DNA of 64,000 bases from Azolla caroliniana (taxonomy: Eukaryota > Plantae > Polypodiophyta). The DNA lies in assembly GCA_043228905.1 (NCBI GenBank), contig JBHGNT010000003.1, positions 15,500,001 through 15,564,000 of the forward strand, written 5' to 3'. Below are positions 25,022-38,000 of the stretch, piece by piece. Both the position numbers and the translations under genes were made by a program. The notes beneath the pieces were generated by a model. The model saw only the letters and a list, made by a program, of their open reading frames with translations. It was not told the DNA's origin and searched no databases. The stretch's first letter is position 1. Each line of letters begins with the position of its first letter.

Positions 25022-28000
25022 TATTAGAGATCTAGGTACTAAAATAAGCTTAAGATAAGGATAAACTAATGATAGATAGAAAGGAGAAAGAAAAAGAAGG
25101 GTGCCGATCCACCCGACCACCCTCGAGCGAAGGGATCGAGACGGACTCGAGCCTCGATCGGCGTCCCATACCACCGCCGTGGCGTCGAGTCGTACCTGGT
25201 GTTGGCGCGCTCGCTACAAGAGTTGACCCACCACAAGAGCAGAGTCTCGATGTAGTAAAAAAGATGATCAAATGAGGGTAGCTAGGCCTCTTATTTATAG
25301 CGATACCCAAGGCCCCCAGGCAAGTTCACACTTTACCTAATGGGTTGTCTCAATCCCGAGGATTAAAAGTAATCCTCCCCTTCTTTACACTCTCGTTTAA
25401 CCCTCACACTTATCCACGTGTATAGAATACTACGGTAAATTCTCACGAAGGGATATTATATGGTCATGCCCGTAACATACTCCCCTTCTTTAAAACCGTG
25501 GGGCTAACTTAGCGCACTTACTCGTAGACAATGTCTTAGAATTGTGAGGTACACGTAAAAATACCTTATGTCCAGGGTTGAATACACGAGGTTGCCTATA
25601 ATGGCGCCATGTTTTGAGCGCATGTATAACTGCAAATAATTCCTTTTCTTGAACGGTATACCGACATTGAGCAGAATCAAGTTTCTTACTCTCGAATGCT
25701 ATTGGTTTACCATCTTGATACAAGACAACACCTATAGCATAATCGCTTGCATTGGTTTCAACCTCAAAAGGTTTTGAAGGATCAGGTAATAGAAGTGAAG
25801 GAGCTTTGCAAACCAGGTCCTTGAGTTCCTTAAAGGCGAGGTCTAGTGTAGCATTCCACACAATAGGTTTTGTAGACTTACGCATTTGACCTTTTAAAAG
25901 ATTAGTAAACGGCGTCGTCAATTGGGAGTAATTACGAAGAGACTTTTGCAAAAACCCGACAAAACCAAGGAATGATCGAAATTCTCGAATATTCCGAAGA
26001 GTGTGCTAAAGCTTGATTTTCTCAATGCGAGAAGGATCAATTTCAACTCCTTGTTGGGTTATGAGATGTCCAAGATAAGTAATTGATTTCTTGAAGAACT
26101 CACATTTTGAGATCTTCGCATAAAACTGTTTGTCACGCAATGTTTGTAAAACAAAGCGGACATGTCTAGCAGGTTCTTTTAATGTACGGCTATAAACTAA
26201 AATATCATGCAAGAAAATAACGACAAATTTTCCAAGTTGTTCTCGGAAAATGTGATTCATTTCTTGTTGAAAAGTAGCCGGAGCATTGGTCAAACCAAAA
26301 GGCATAACCAAAAACTCGTAATGGGCACAACCCGTACGAAATGCCGTTTTAGGAACATCGTCCTCACTTATTCGTATTTGATGGTAGCCAGTACGGAGAT
26401 CAAGTCTCGTAAAATACTGAGCTCCCTGGAGACGGTCAATTAGATTGTTAACCCAGGGTAATGGGTACGAATTCTTGATCGTCACTTTATTTAACCGTTG
26501 GTAATTAATACACATACGCCATGTGGCCTCTTTCTTTTTGACCAAGAGAACTGGTGCACCCCATGGAGATTTACTATAACGTATATAACCCATTCGTAAA
26601 TAGTCCTTGAGTTGCTTAGATACGTCATCTTCTTCGGATCGACTTAAGCGATACGGAGGTATACTTATTGGTGCAACACTAGGTACAATATCTATACGAT
26701 GGTCTATATTACGTTTAGGAGGTAACCCATAAGGTAGTTCACTTGGAAAAACATCATGAAAATCATTTAAGATTTCATCAAGTTGTTGTTCAAAATATGT
26801 TAATTGAACCGAGACATTATCGATATTATAAATGTGAATGTCCGGATCAAATACACAATAAAATAGAGTAGAACAAGACAACTCAAATATTGATGGACAC
26901 TAGGAAACAATCGAGAGGGATTGTTTTTTTACACATTGAATAAAATGAGTAGAATCGTTTAGTACAAATGTAATTGAATGATGAACCCAATCAATAGATA
27001 AAGAAGAGCTTTTATTATAGAACCAGGGATAACCCAGTATTACATCGGTGGTACAAAGATTCATTACATGGAAGTCTACTTCCTCTATATAAGTATCTAT
27101 AGAAATTCCTAATGAATGAATCGCCCCGTTGATGTATTATACTCTTCCATCAGCTAAGTGAACCGTGTAGGTGTGATCACTTACGGTGGGTTGGATTCCC
27201 CATATCTGAACCAAACGATCATTCACAAAATTGTGTGAGCTTCCCGAATCAAATAAAAATTGTACGGGAGATCCATTGATATACCCGTTTGCACGTAGTA
27301 AATCATTGGGACCCAATACATATTGAGGGAAAGAACATTGACAATTACTTAAATGATGTGTATAGACCTGAAGGACATTAGGAATCTGACATTTATTGTC
27401 TGCAGCTTTAGCTTTCTTGTCGTGCTCTTTCCATTGGAGCTTTCGACATTGATCTTTTGTAGGACCCTTCTTTTTGCAGAATACGCAAAAAGGATGTTGT
27501 CGCTTACAATCGCGATCCATGAATTCGTTGGGTGTCTTGCGTTTCCCAACGAATTGCGACTGGTTAGTCTCGGGCGCTTCGTTGGGTTTGTTGTGGTCCT
27601 TCTTCGAAGTGTGTTGATAGCGAAGAACTATTTCAATGGCCTCTTCGAAGGATTTTGGATCCTTATCGTGCACTATCCAGTGATATTCCGAATTGGGGAT
27701 GCCATTGACAAAACAAGTTATCAACCAATTGTCCCCTTCTAGACCCGATTTTTGGATTTGGGTTCTAGCATGGTGAACATAGTCTTCTAGCGAGGAAAAT
27801 TTCCTGCTAGAGAGGTTCATTAAAGCTTGTGCTGCCTCGGTTCGAGAGGGAGGTTGCAGAAATTGGCCCTTAAAGACCGTGACAAAATCTGTCCAGGTAT
27901 CGAGCAATTTCCCGATAGTACGGAGCCCACGCCACCAGGCGGCGGCCGACATATGCAATCTTCGTTCTATCTAGCGTGGGATAGAGCTCAAAATGAGACT

Positions 28001-30425
28001 CCCATCGTCCCAACCATGTGTAGATTGCTTCTTCGGTTCTTTCCTTTCTGTCTCCCGTAAATGGCTTAACGACAAATGATGGTTCACCTTGTCGCTCATC
28101 AGGTCTATTAGTCTCACGTTGTAGACTAATGACACATGCCTCAAGAACACTCTGAGATTGCCGAAGTTCGGTTATTTGTTGAGCGGTGAAACTAAGGTAT
28201 TGGGTTATTTGTGCCAGGAAGATTCCCTTGAGTTCCTTCCGCTTGACCGGATGACATCGGGTCATTAATTTGAGCCATTAAAGATTATTTCTGGAAAAGA
28301 AATAGGATAAGGTCAGAGAGATAGTCATAACATCATGTCGTGATGTAAACATATCATGGGCAAACATTAATCGATATCATGATCTCACGTTAATACCCCT
28401 CTAGACGTATGAGATGAGGTTCAAGATCAGGTTACTATGGTAACACAAAGGTGTTTTAAAAACCATGGGGGTGACAATTTAATGTCTTTCCCTGATCTCT
28501 ATATCGATTTTTTCATGGTAGCTCCCCGAGGCTCAACCATGTATGTTCGTGTCATGAGTAGTTTATACACGAAAAAAATGTTAACTATAAACTATGTTTC
28601 TTTGCCCACATATGTGGTTTCGGCTCTTTAAGTCCTATTATGAGGACCCCAAGGTGCACTTAGACCTTAAGTCTAAACATGTGTTATAGTCATATGTATC
28701 AAGGATGTTGTATGGTCTTGGTCATATTTGAACTCAAGACCTCGAGAACAAATACATTAAACACTTGAGCCAACCAAGTAAGTTGCTCTTCTCGAATGCT
28801 TAATGTTTGATGCGTATAAGAGATATGCGAGGCATTTGATCATATATGATTTTTTTTAAAAGAACATATATGTCAAGGGTCCTTATTTCGCCCTCATTTA
28901 CCAAAACTATGTTGGTACGTTACCTAACCTCAAGTCTCGTAATTACGATGGCATACGCCAAAGTGCAACCTAATGGTCAAGACAAATGAGCCCTCGTTTC
29001 GTAGTAGGCCCACGTGGCCCATCACATGGTCACGTCATTACGAATGCCTCTCGTAAGAACGAGCTCATGGTGGCATCGTATCCATGTAACGAGGGAGGGA
29101 TGTTGGATACGTGTGTCATTGGAGCGACCTCACTTGAAGTGGGTCAAGCCCTACGTACTCAACATCATTGTGGCTATAGGTGTTTCTTTATGTAACAAAA
29201 TGGAGGTCATCAACGGGGTTGTCAACAATCAAAAATTGTTGAAAAGGGGATGGTGACATCGCCATTCTCACAAAAATGTGAGGACGACCACCAACATCCT
29301 TTTCCCGACAAGGACAACTTTCGATATAATCACGTAATAACGAATATACACATATGTTTACTTATCACATATATATGATCAAATACGTATATATGTGACC
29401 ACATATGCCTATATTAAACATATCGTTATATTAAATAGCCACAAATGATGTGATCGAGATACGTAATCGAGGTATATACCTCTACGCACACGAAACATCC
29501 ACAAATAAGAGATCATCGTAATACGAAATTGAGGTATTGACCTCTTACGCATACGAGACCAAACGCACATCCTTTACAACAAATTAAGGTATTAAACTTA
29601 TATGCAAACGTAACATATGTTCGTGAACGTAATACGTAATTGAGGTATTAACCTCGTACACATACGACACTCATCACATAGTATTTATATGTCAAACGAG
29701 GTATTGACCTCATGCACATATGTAAACATTTTAGAAAATCAATTAAAGACCACTACAACATCATTGAATTAATGAAAAAAGATGACATATAAACTAAACA
29801 CATGATTAGATGGGAGAAGAGAGAATAGAAAAAAAAATTTACGGAAAGAGTTACCGAAGTTCTTTGTTGATTGTTGTCTGGATCAAGGCCGACCACACAT
29901 CGATCGATCACCATCAATCAAAAGACAAAAGACAAACAAAGAAACATTAGTACATAGCTCTAATACCAAATATTAGAGATCTAGATACTAAAGTAAGCTT
30001 AAGATAAGGATAAACTAATGATAGATAGAAAGGAGAAAGAGAAAGAAGGGTGTCGATCCACCCGACCACCCCCGAGCGAAGGGATCGAGATGGACTCGAG
30101 CCTCGATCGGCGTCCCATACCACCGTCCTGGCGTCGAGTCGTACCTGGTGTTGGCGCGCTCGCTACAAGAGTTGACCCACCACAAGAGCAGAGTCTCAAT
30201 GTAGTCAAAAGATGATCAAATGAGGGTAGCTAGGCCTCTTATTTATAGCAATACCCAAGGCTCCCAGGCAAGTTCACACTTGACCGAATGGGTTGTCTCA
30301 ATCCCGAGGATTAAAAGTAATCCTCCCCTTCTTTACACTCTCGTTTAACCCTCACACTTATCCACGTGTATAGAATACTACGGTAAATTCTCACAACGGG
30401 ATATTATATGGTCATGCCCGTAACA
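25022..30425 (-). mobile_element. Chromovirus copy 2, internally deleted (most of INT and the chromodomain lost); 5-bp TSD CACAT
   Basis: LTRs 25022-25477 and 29971-30425; TSD cacat at 25017-25021 and 30426-30430; PBS TGGTATTAGAGC at 29957-29968; ~1.7-kb 5' leader. Confidence 0.93.
25490..28265 (-). pseudogene. gag-pol: gag-PR-RT-partial RH
   Basis: [63 protein letters not shown]. Confidence 0.9.
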
Positions 30426-31129
30426 CACATGCTGGAGGATGTGCATGTCTAGAGGGGGTGGATGTCGTGCAGTACGAAAGCTTCACATTAAAAGTCTACA
30501 ATAAGATAAATACGTAACTAAAATAAAATAAATCTTGATAATATTTTATACATAAAGATAATATTAACAACACACACTATGATAATATTATACATTATAT
30601 GTAGAGGCAAAAAAAAGTATATATATGTTATATTTGGACGAGTGAGGACTTGAGCCAATAAACCCCGACTTATGACACTCAAACCTTACCATTTAGCCTA
30701 TACTAATAATTTATAAGAGATCATATCCGTTGTTTTATTTGAAGTAGTATTTTATCGTCTAAACCATGTAATATACCATAGTATGAACCATACGTACCAT
30801 TCGCGCACTCGTGTTCGAGAATGGTAAACACCCTAGAAGAATGATAAATACCATACTTTTGGATAAATGATTTACTATAAGGTAAATATTTTTTCATGGT
30901 AAAAAAAAACACATTACCTTCTTAATAAGAATATGGTTGTTTTCATAAATTCTAATAACAACTATCCAAAATGCCTAGTCTTCAAAACAATTCTCAATGA
31001 GGTGTTACATCAAAATGAACATTCCTAATCTTCATTCAAGGTGATATCATCATCTTCAAAACCATCATCCTCATCTTCTGCATTATCATCATGTAAAGAC
31101 ATCACATTGGTGAGGCTCTCATTTTCAAA

Positions 31130-31420
31130 ATGATAGAAATTATAGAAAAATTAAAGCAATTACAAGCTTTATAGAAAAATTACAGAAATTATAGAACAAA
31201 TAAAAGAAAAATTACAGAAATCACAAAGAAATGATATAGAAATTTCAAAATTTATAAACAAATTACAGAAATGATAGAAATTACAAAGAAATTACAGAAA
31301 TTATAGAAATTACGGAAATTACAAAGAGATTATAGAAATTACAAAGAAATTTCAGAAATTACAAAACAATTATAGAAATTACAAAAAAATTACAAAAATT
31401 ATTGAAAAATTACAGAAATT
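31130..31420 (+). repeat. Degenerate (GAAATTACA)n minisatellite inside the 3' LTR
   Basis: About 30 variants of gaaattaca/gaaattata; absent from the 5' LTR. Confidence 0.8.
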
Positions 31421-32931
31421 TCTATACTACATAGCACATACTACATATCACATACTATGAGCTAAAGTTTAAACAACTTTAAACCGTATTATTAACCCTA
31501 AATATACCTGAATTTCGTTGGTATGCAGATCATTCAAGCAACAAATCGTTCGAGGTTAGGTGGAAGAGGAGAGGAGAGAGCAATGTTACGTTGATGTGCA
31601 GAGGAAAAGGGGGAAAAGGGGGAAAAAGAGGGAAAAAAAGAAAAGAAAGAAAAAAAGAGAGAAAAAAAACACATGAATATTTTGTATATTACATATCATC
31701 TGCCAAATCATTCGTTTTCCTACATTGGAAAATGAACACGAATGATATTCAATAACATATCACATGGGCAAAAGAGGACTTGAACCAACAACCCCAACCT
31801 TATGGTATTCAAATCTTACCATTTAGCCTATACTTGTGATGTATATAAAATATATGTGTTGTACCATTGTATAGTCTAAACCATGAAATGTACTACATGT
31901 GCCCCATATAGCACACATGCAAGAGCCTCTCTGCATGTGCACCATATAACACACATGCAAGAGCCTCTTTGCATGTGCACCATATAGCACACATGCAAGC
32001 GCCTCTCTGCATGTGCGCCACATGGCCCACATGTAGAACTATCTCTTCCCTATGAAAGGAGAAGGGAGTATGGTCACAAGGGATATCGAAGGAATCGAAA
32101 TCGAAGAACTATATTGTATGAGATATCAATCAAATCAAATAGAATTATATTACATAAGAGATCTCATAAGATAGAAAGAGGAAGACAAGAAGGAAGACAA
32201 TAAAAGAAAACAACTAGCTTGGCGGTCATGGTGCTCAACTCACAACAAAAGGGCGGTTACCTTGTGAGACAAAGTTTGAAGGATCAACGACGCTCACAAC
32301 CAATTTGTAACTCTTTCATCAAATAATTATAAATCTCTTTTATCCCTTCAAATATCATTCTATATCCTATCTTCTCTTTATCTTGTTGATCTCTATTTAC
32401 TCTATCTCTACTCTTTCGTCTCTTCCATCCATAAACCCAGTGATTCCTTCCTCACTTTCACGTTGTCTTTTTTCTGTGCAACGCTACGCTTTTGCGCAAG
32501 CGACGCCACGACAGCATAGTAGCACGACATCGATTACAATGAAACATTCAAGGCGATTGCCAAAATGACAATCGTATGGGTGTGTTGATTGCAAGGGCGA
32601 TGAAGGGATGACATCTGCACCAAATGGATGTGAAGAACATGTTCCTACAAGGAGAGCTTGAGGAACATGTATATATGGTGCAACCTCCCGGATTTCAGTC
32701 CGGATTGAAAAGTCGGCCATCTATCACTAAAGAAGTCCCTTTACGAACTAAAGCAAGCCCCACATGCTTGGAATGTGAAGATCACGCGGAGATTGTGTCG
32801 GATGGGCTTTGCCGCGTCGAAATTAGACTCTTCACTTTTCATATGGCAGGGTCAGACTAGGCCAATTAGTATACTACTGTGTGTTGATGATCTAGTCATC
32901 GTTGGCGCCACCAAGAGGAAATCAGTCACGC

Positions 32932-34302
32932 TGTCGTGTGAATCTTCACACACTATGTAAAAAAATAATGAAATAATTATTATAGATTACATTAGTAGCT
33001 TACTATAGAAAGATGGATATACTCAAGAGCTTCAAAATATATTTTACTATATACAAAATGGAGAAATACATATCAAGTTATGAGAAAATAAAGTTTGAGA
33101 AGATAAGGAAATTAGAACTATCCCACATAGATAGGAAAGTTAAGGCCCTAGCTATATAAACACCTTGAGCTCCCTCATTTTTCATTTGTGCTAAGAGCAC
33201 TTTGGCCACTTTGTCGTGATGGATGATGGTGGCCAAATTCCCTAAAACCAGAAACCGGCCGGTAAGCAAATCCGGAAAACGGGTCCGGTAAGCAAATCCG
33301 AAAACCGGCCGGTATGCAAAACCGGAACCGGCCGGCAAGCAAAACCAGAACCGGAACCGGTATGCAAACCGGAAACCGGCCGGTAAGCAAAACCAGAACC
33401 AGAACCGGCCGGCAAGCAAAACCAGAACCAGAATCGGCAAGCAAAATCGGAACCGGAACCGGAACCGGCAAGCAAACCGGGACCGGCCGGCAAGAAAAAC
33501 CGGAATCGGAACTGGCAAGCAAACTGGAACCGGCCGGCAAGCAAAACCGGAACCGAAACCGGCAAGCAAAATCGGAATCGGAACCGGCCGGCAAGCAAAA
33601 TGGAACCGGCTACTGGACGAGGTTGGATGCGGATGGACGAAAGATTGGATCATGCAACAAACTAAAGTAAAGGCCATGTGGACGCAAGCAACTAAAGTTG
33701 GAGTGCATGGGAAAAGTAAAGGTCATGTGAACAGTCAGATGCAACCAAAAGAAAAAGCTAGGCAACTAAAAGTAGAGGCCATGCAACAAAAAGTGGAAAG
33801 GCTATGATCAAGGGAGAACTCCATATTTATTCCATTTTTTTCCTACACTAGGACTCACTCTCCATATTATCTTAATTTCTTTTTTTTTCTTTGGGAGCTC
33901 TCTTATATTATCGAAGCCAATAACCCTAATCTTCCCTACGGAAGCTATCTCTCAAGTAAACCATAAGCTCCATACGGAAGCTATCTCTCAAGTAAACCAT
34001 AATTTCCATACGGAAGCAATCTCTCAAAATCCAAAATTCCTTGTCAAAGCCATATCACTCAAGAATCATAATCTCTTATTTCCTCTAATCTATTATTCTA
34101 ATCATCTCCATAAGATAAAACTTTTGTAATCCCAATCTTGGGATTGATTGTAATCTTTCTTTCCCTTTTATTCATGAAATTTGTTAATATTTCTCATTTC
34201 GGTTAATTCTTAGTACATAAATACACGAATTTGATATCCTCTAGACAAAGGCCTTGGGATCTTGCCTCAACGTTCACGTATCCTCGTCGTATTTTCGCGA
34301 CA
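32932..34302 (+). mobile_element. Solo LTR (TGTCG..CGACA family), 4-bp TSD ACGC
   Basis: tgtcgtg...cgcgaca with acgc on both sides. Host RT reads through after removal. Contains an ACCGGA/CCGGCAAGCAAA array at 33245-33610 and a ~36-bp repeat at 33935-34025. Confidence 0.88.
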
Positions 34303-34955
34303 ACGCCAAGTCACAATTAGCAACATCATTCAACATGAAGGATTTGGGGAATGCTGATCAGTCAAAGACATTATGTACAAAGTATGCTCTTCAAGTTCAG
34401 AATGACGGACTACAAATCCATCTCGACTCCTCTAGACAGAAATGTGAAGCTTCGCCAAGGATTGGGCACAACATGTGATGCGACACAGTTCCGGTAGATA
34501 GTTAGAAATCTAATATATTTGACCATCACCCGGTCAGACCTTGTTGAGAATCAAGCTCAACCTAGTCTAATGTGTGAACAGACCCTTGAGAGTGTATAAA
34601 CACTCAAAGGTCAAAAGTCACACCACTACTCTCTACACATTAACTATGTGTCATAGAATCATATTGTATGACACATAACTAAGGAGTTTCCACATTCCCC
34701 ATGACTCATTAGCTTCGGTAGTTAATGAAGAGAGAGAGTGACTATATAAACCACTCTCCTCCTACTTTGTAATATGTTGGTTAATTTCCTTTGTAAGATA
34801 CAACTTCGCATCTTGGGAGTACAAGATGCACTAATACCTTGTCGGTCAAGGTTATTGGAGCTACATCAAAGGAGCACAAGAAAAGCGACCCGACCCAAAG
34901 GACGCCGACTACTCAACATGGGAGCAAGCGACAAGTCGAGTAATGTATTGCTTGG

Positions 34956-34995
34956 TGTGAACGTAAGTGTTTGCGAAAGCGTAAAACAGAGAACA

Positions 34996-35069
<74 letters not shown>

Positions 35070-38000
35070 CAGAACGCAATTTCAAAATTATATCAAAACT
35101 CTATATACACACTGTGCTAATGTGCTAAGTAGCACTATTTATACAAGTCCTCTTGGGACTGACAGAAGTACCATGTACTTCAATGCTCACATGAGCATTT
35201 GACACTTACTACGAGACTATAGCTACCTAGTAGTCTATCCTATACTAGGCTTCCGATTGGACTTCCGGTTACGGATTGCACCCGGCCTCCACTGCTTGCC
35301 GGTTCGGTTGCTCACCATCATACCAATCCGTCTCGCTTACCGGCTCCGGCTTATTCAGCCGATCCGGCTCCGGTTGAGCTTGCCGCTCAACACTCCCCCT
35401 CAAGCTCAACCTGAGGTGGGGTCGTAGTGTCGACCTCTGTGGTAGTCGGTTCTTCCAACCGACTTCTCCTGGCGTCACTCCGCCTTGCTCGCGCTCCTCG
35501 TCCGGTCCGGTCCCGTTTGCCGCGACCCCTTTGGTTCTGCGCGCCTCGATCCTCTCGGTTGGCATGTCTGCTCAATAGGCCCATCTCAGCACTCACGTTG
35601 TTGTGACTCCGGCGCTTGCCGATCCGTCGGTTCTCCCACGATGGCATCGACTTCCGCTGTGTCCGTGTCCCCTTCGCCTTCAGTCGATCCGACTCATCCG
35701 GATCCATCTGTTGATCCGAGTCAGCTGTTTCCGACTCGTTCTAGCTCTTGTCCGAATCGGTACACTCCGATTCGACTTCCGGCTTCAGGCCTCTCACCAC
35801 ATCGGACCACTTTCGAGTCTTGGCCTTCTCCATGCTTCCCTCGGCTTCTTCAGCCGATGAACCAAAATCAAATTCTTCATTTGACTCTGTATCATGGTCA
35901 GTACCGTCGTGATGACCTCCGCACAGCATGCACTTCTCTTCCTGAGTGCACAACTCTTTTTCACAACCACTTGCTCCGACCTGTTCGGATGTGTCGACTT
36001 CCTTCGTCGACTCGGCTTCCTTCATCTTCTTGTCTCCTCTTCTTCCGGCTCTCCTCTTACCGACGGGTTCAACAGTTTTTTGGCCTCTGCCCGTTTCGAT
36101 AGAGACTTTGCCATTGCTTCTCCCCCTCAAGTGCGGCACGTCGAGATGTTGAATACCAAGCATGTCGGTAAAGTGCTGCAACTTGTCCGATCCTAGCGGC
36201 TTGGTGAAGATGTCGGCAACTTGCCGATCCGTATGAACATACCGTAGGTCAACTTCACCGCTCAGGACCCGCTCACGCACGAAGTGGTAGTGCACCTCGA
36301 TGTGCTTTGTGCGAGCATGGAACACAGGGTTCCTGGCGAGCTGCAGGCTGCTCATGTTATCGTAGTAAATCGGGATCGGGGTCGGTACCTCGATCCGCAA
36401 GTCTCGCAGCAGTCGTCGAAGCTAGATGGCTTCACAAGTGGCAACGGTAGCGGCCCGGTACTCAGCCTCAGTGCTTGACAAAGCCACTGTGGGCTGCTTC
36501 TTGCCGCTCCACGCAATGGCCGCGCTACCTATGGAGAACATGTATCCGGAAGTGGAGCGGCGATCAGACGCATCGCCGACCCAGTCAACATCTGTGTAAC
36601 CGGCAAGATCTTCGGGTATACCTCGCCGGTATTGCAGTCCCCGGTCCTTAGTGCCGCTGACATACCGTAATATTCGTTGCGCGCACTGAAGGTGCTCCAC
36701 GGTCGGCTTCTGCATGAACTGGCTTACCATGCCGACCGGATAGCTGATGTTGGGTCGGGTGATGGTTAAGTAGATCAGGCTTCCGACAACCTGTCGGAAC
36801 CGTTTCTCATTGCAGGCCGGTCCAGAGTTGGGACGGAGCTTCTGGTTCCGGTCCAGGGGTGTGGAGACAGGTCGGCAATCCGTCATGCCGAACTTATACA
36901 ACATATTCAACACGTAATGTCGTTGTGAGAGAAATATGCCGTCGGGGGTCCGGATCACTTCGATCCCAAGAAAATAATGAAGGTCCCCCAGGTCCTTCAT
37001 TTCGAATGCGTCCGACAACTGGGACTTGACGCGGTTGATTTCGGGAAGACCCGGTCTGGTGATGACTAAATCATCCACATACAAGAGTATACATACCGGA
37101 CCATCAGAGCCTTGCCGGATGAACAACGAAGAGTCCGACTTAGAGACAGCAAACCCCAGCTTACGCAACTGGTGCGTGATCTTCGCGTTCCAAGCTCGGG
37201 GGGCTTGCTTCAAGCCGTAAAGCGACTTCTTCAGTCGGCATACCGCCGACTTGTTCATCTCCGAGTGAAATCCGGGGGGTTGAGTCATAAAGACTTCTTC
37301 TTCAAGATCTCCTTGAAGGAAGGCGTTCTTCACATCCATCTGGTGAAGATGCCACCACCTTGCCGCAGCAACTGCCAATACCACACGAACCGTCGTCATC
37401 TTCGCCACAGGAGCGACGGTCTCGTCGTAGTCAATTCCGTGGGTCTGCGCGTATCCCTTCGCCACTAACCGGGCTTTGTATCGGTTAACAGAACCGTCGG
37501 CGTTGTACTTGACCTTGTACACCCACTTGCATCCGATTGGTTTACATTGACGGGGAGGATCAACTAGGTCCCAAGTTTCGTTGGCATCGAGTGCCCGCAT
37601 TTCTTCGTCCATAGCGGCACGCCAATTTGCGTCCTTTGCCGCTTCTGCGTAGCTCTCTGGCTCACGCACTTTTGTCACCTTAGTCATGTACGCATAATGA
37701 TGCGCCATGTATTCATTGTACCCGTACCGCATGACGAGATCCTTTTGGCGGGTTGATCGGCGCAACGCACCGTCACCTGATTTGAGGCCCTTCTTGGCCA
37801 GTTCGGTCTTCGTTGCCGAAGATCTGCCTTTCTCCTTTCCGGAGTCGGATACACACCGATCCGACTCATCGTTGCCGGTTTCGAATTCCGGCATCTTCCT
37901 CTTCCCTTTCTCTTTGCGCGTGAACCGTTTCCTCGGTTCCTTGCGCGGGGAGAGCACGACAGAGTCTCCACTACTTGCCGTCTCTTCATCCGACTGGTCC

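Larger units (their letters stand above)
21811..32513 (+). mobile_element. tRNA-Trp-primed Ty3/Gypsy carrying gag-PR only (RT-RH-INT absent); 4-bp TSD
   Basis: 5' LTR 21811-22739 and 3' LTR 30463-32513 (TGTCGTG...CACGACA); PPT AGAGGGGGTGGA at 30451-30462; flanks gtgt/gcat, which are GCGT after reciprocal CpG decay. Confidence 0.85.
19616..34541 (+). mobile_element. Highly degenerate Copia (element B), in pieces 19616-21810, 32514-32931 and 34303-34541
   Basis: GAG-pre-integrase (DIDLWHKQ), INT (LRSDG), then RT split exactly at LVAKGY|..HDIDYNETF and later at ..EISH|AKSQLA by two nested insertions. Confidence 0.8.

Noticed and set aside
33078-33677. Repetitive ORFs (FACRFRFRF.., TGTGTG..)
   Set aside because: Products of a stop-free tandem repeat in a solo LTR; the same applies to 11323-11978 and 50035-52564.
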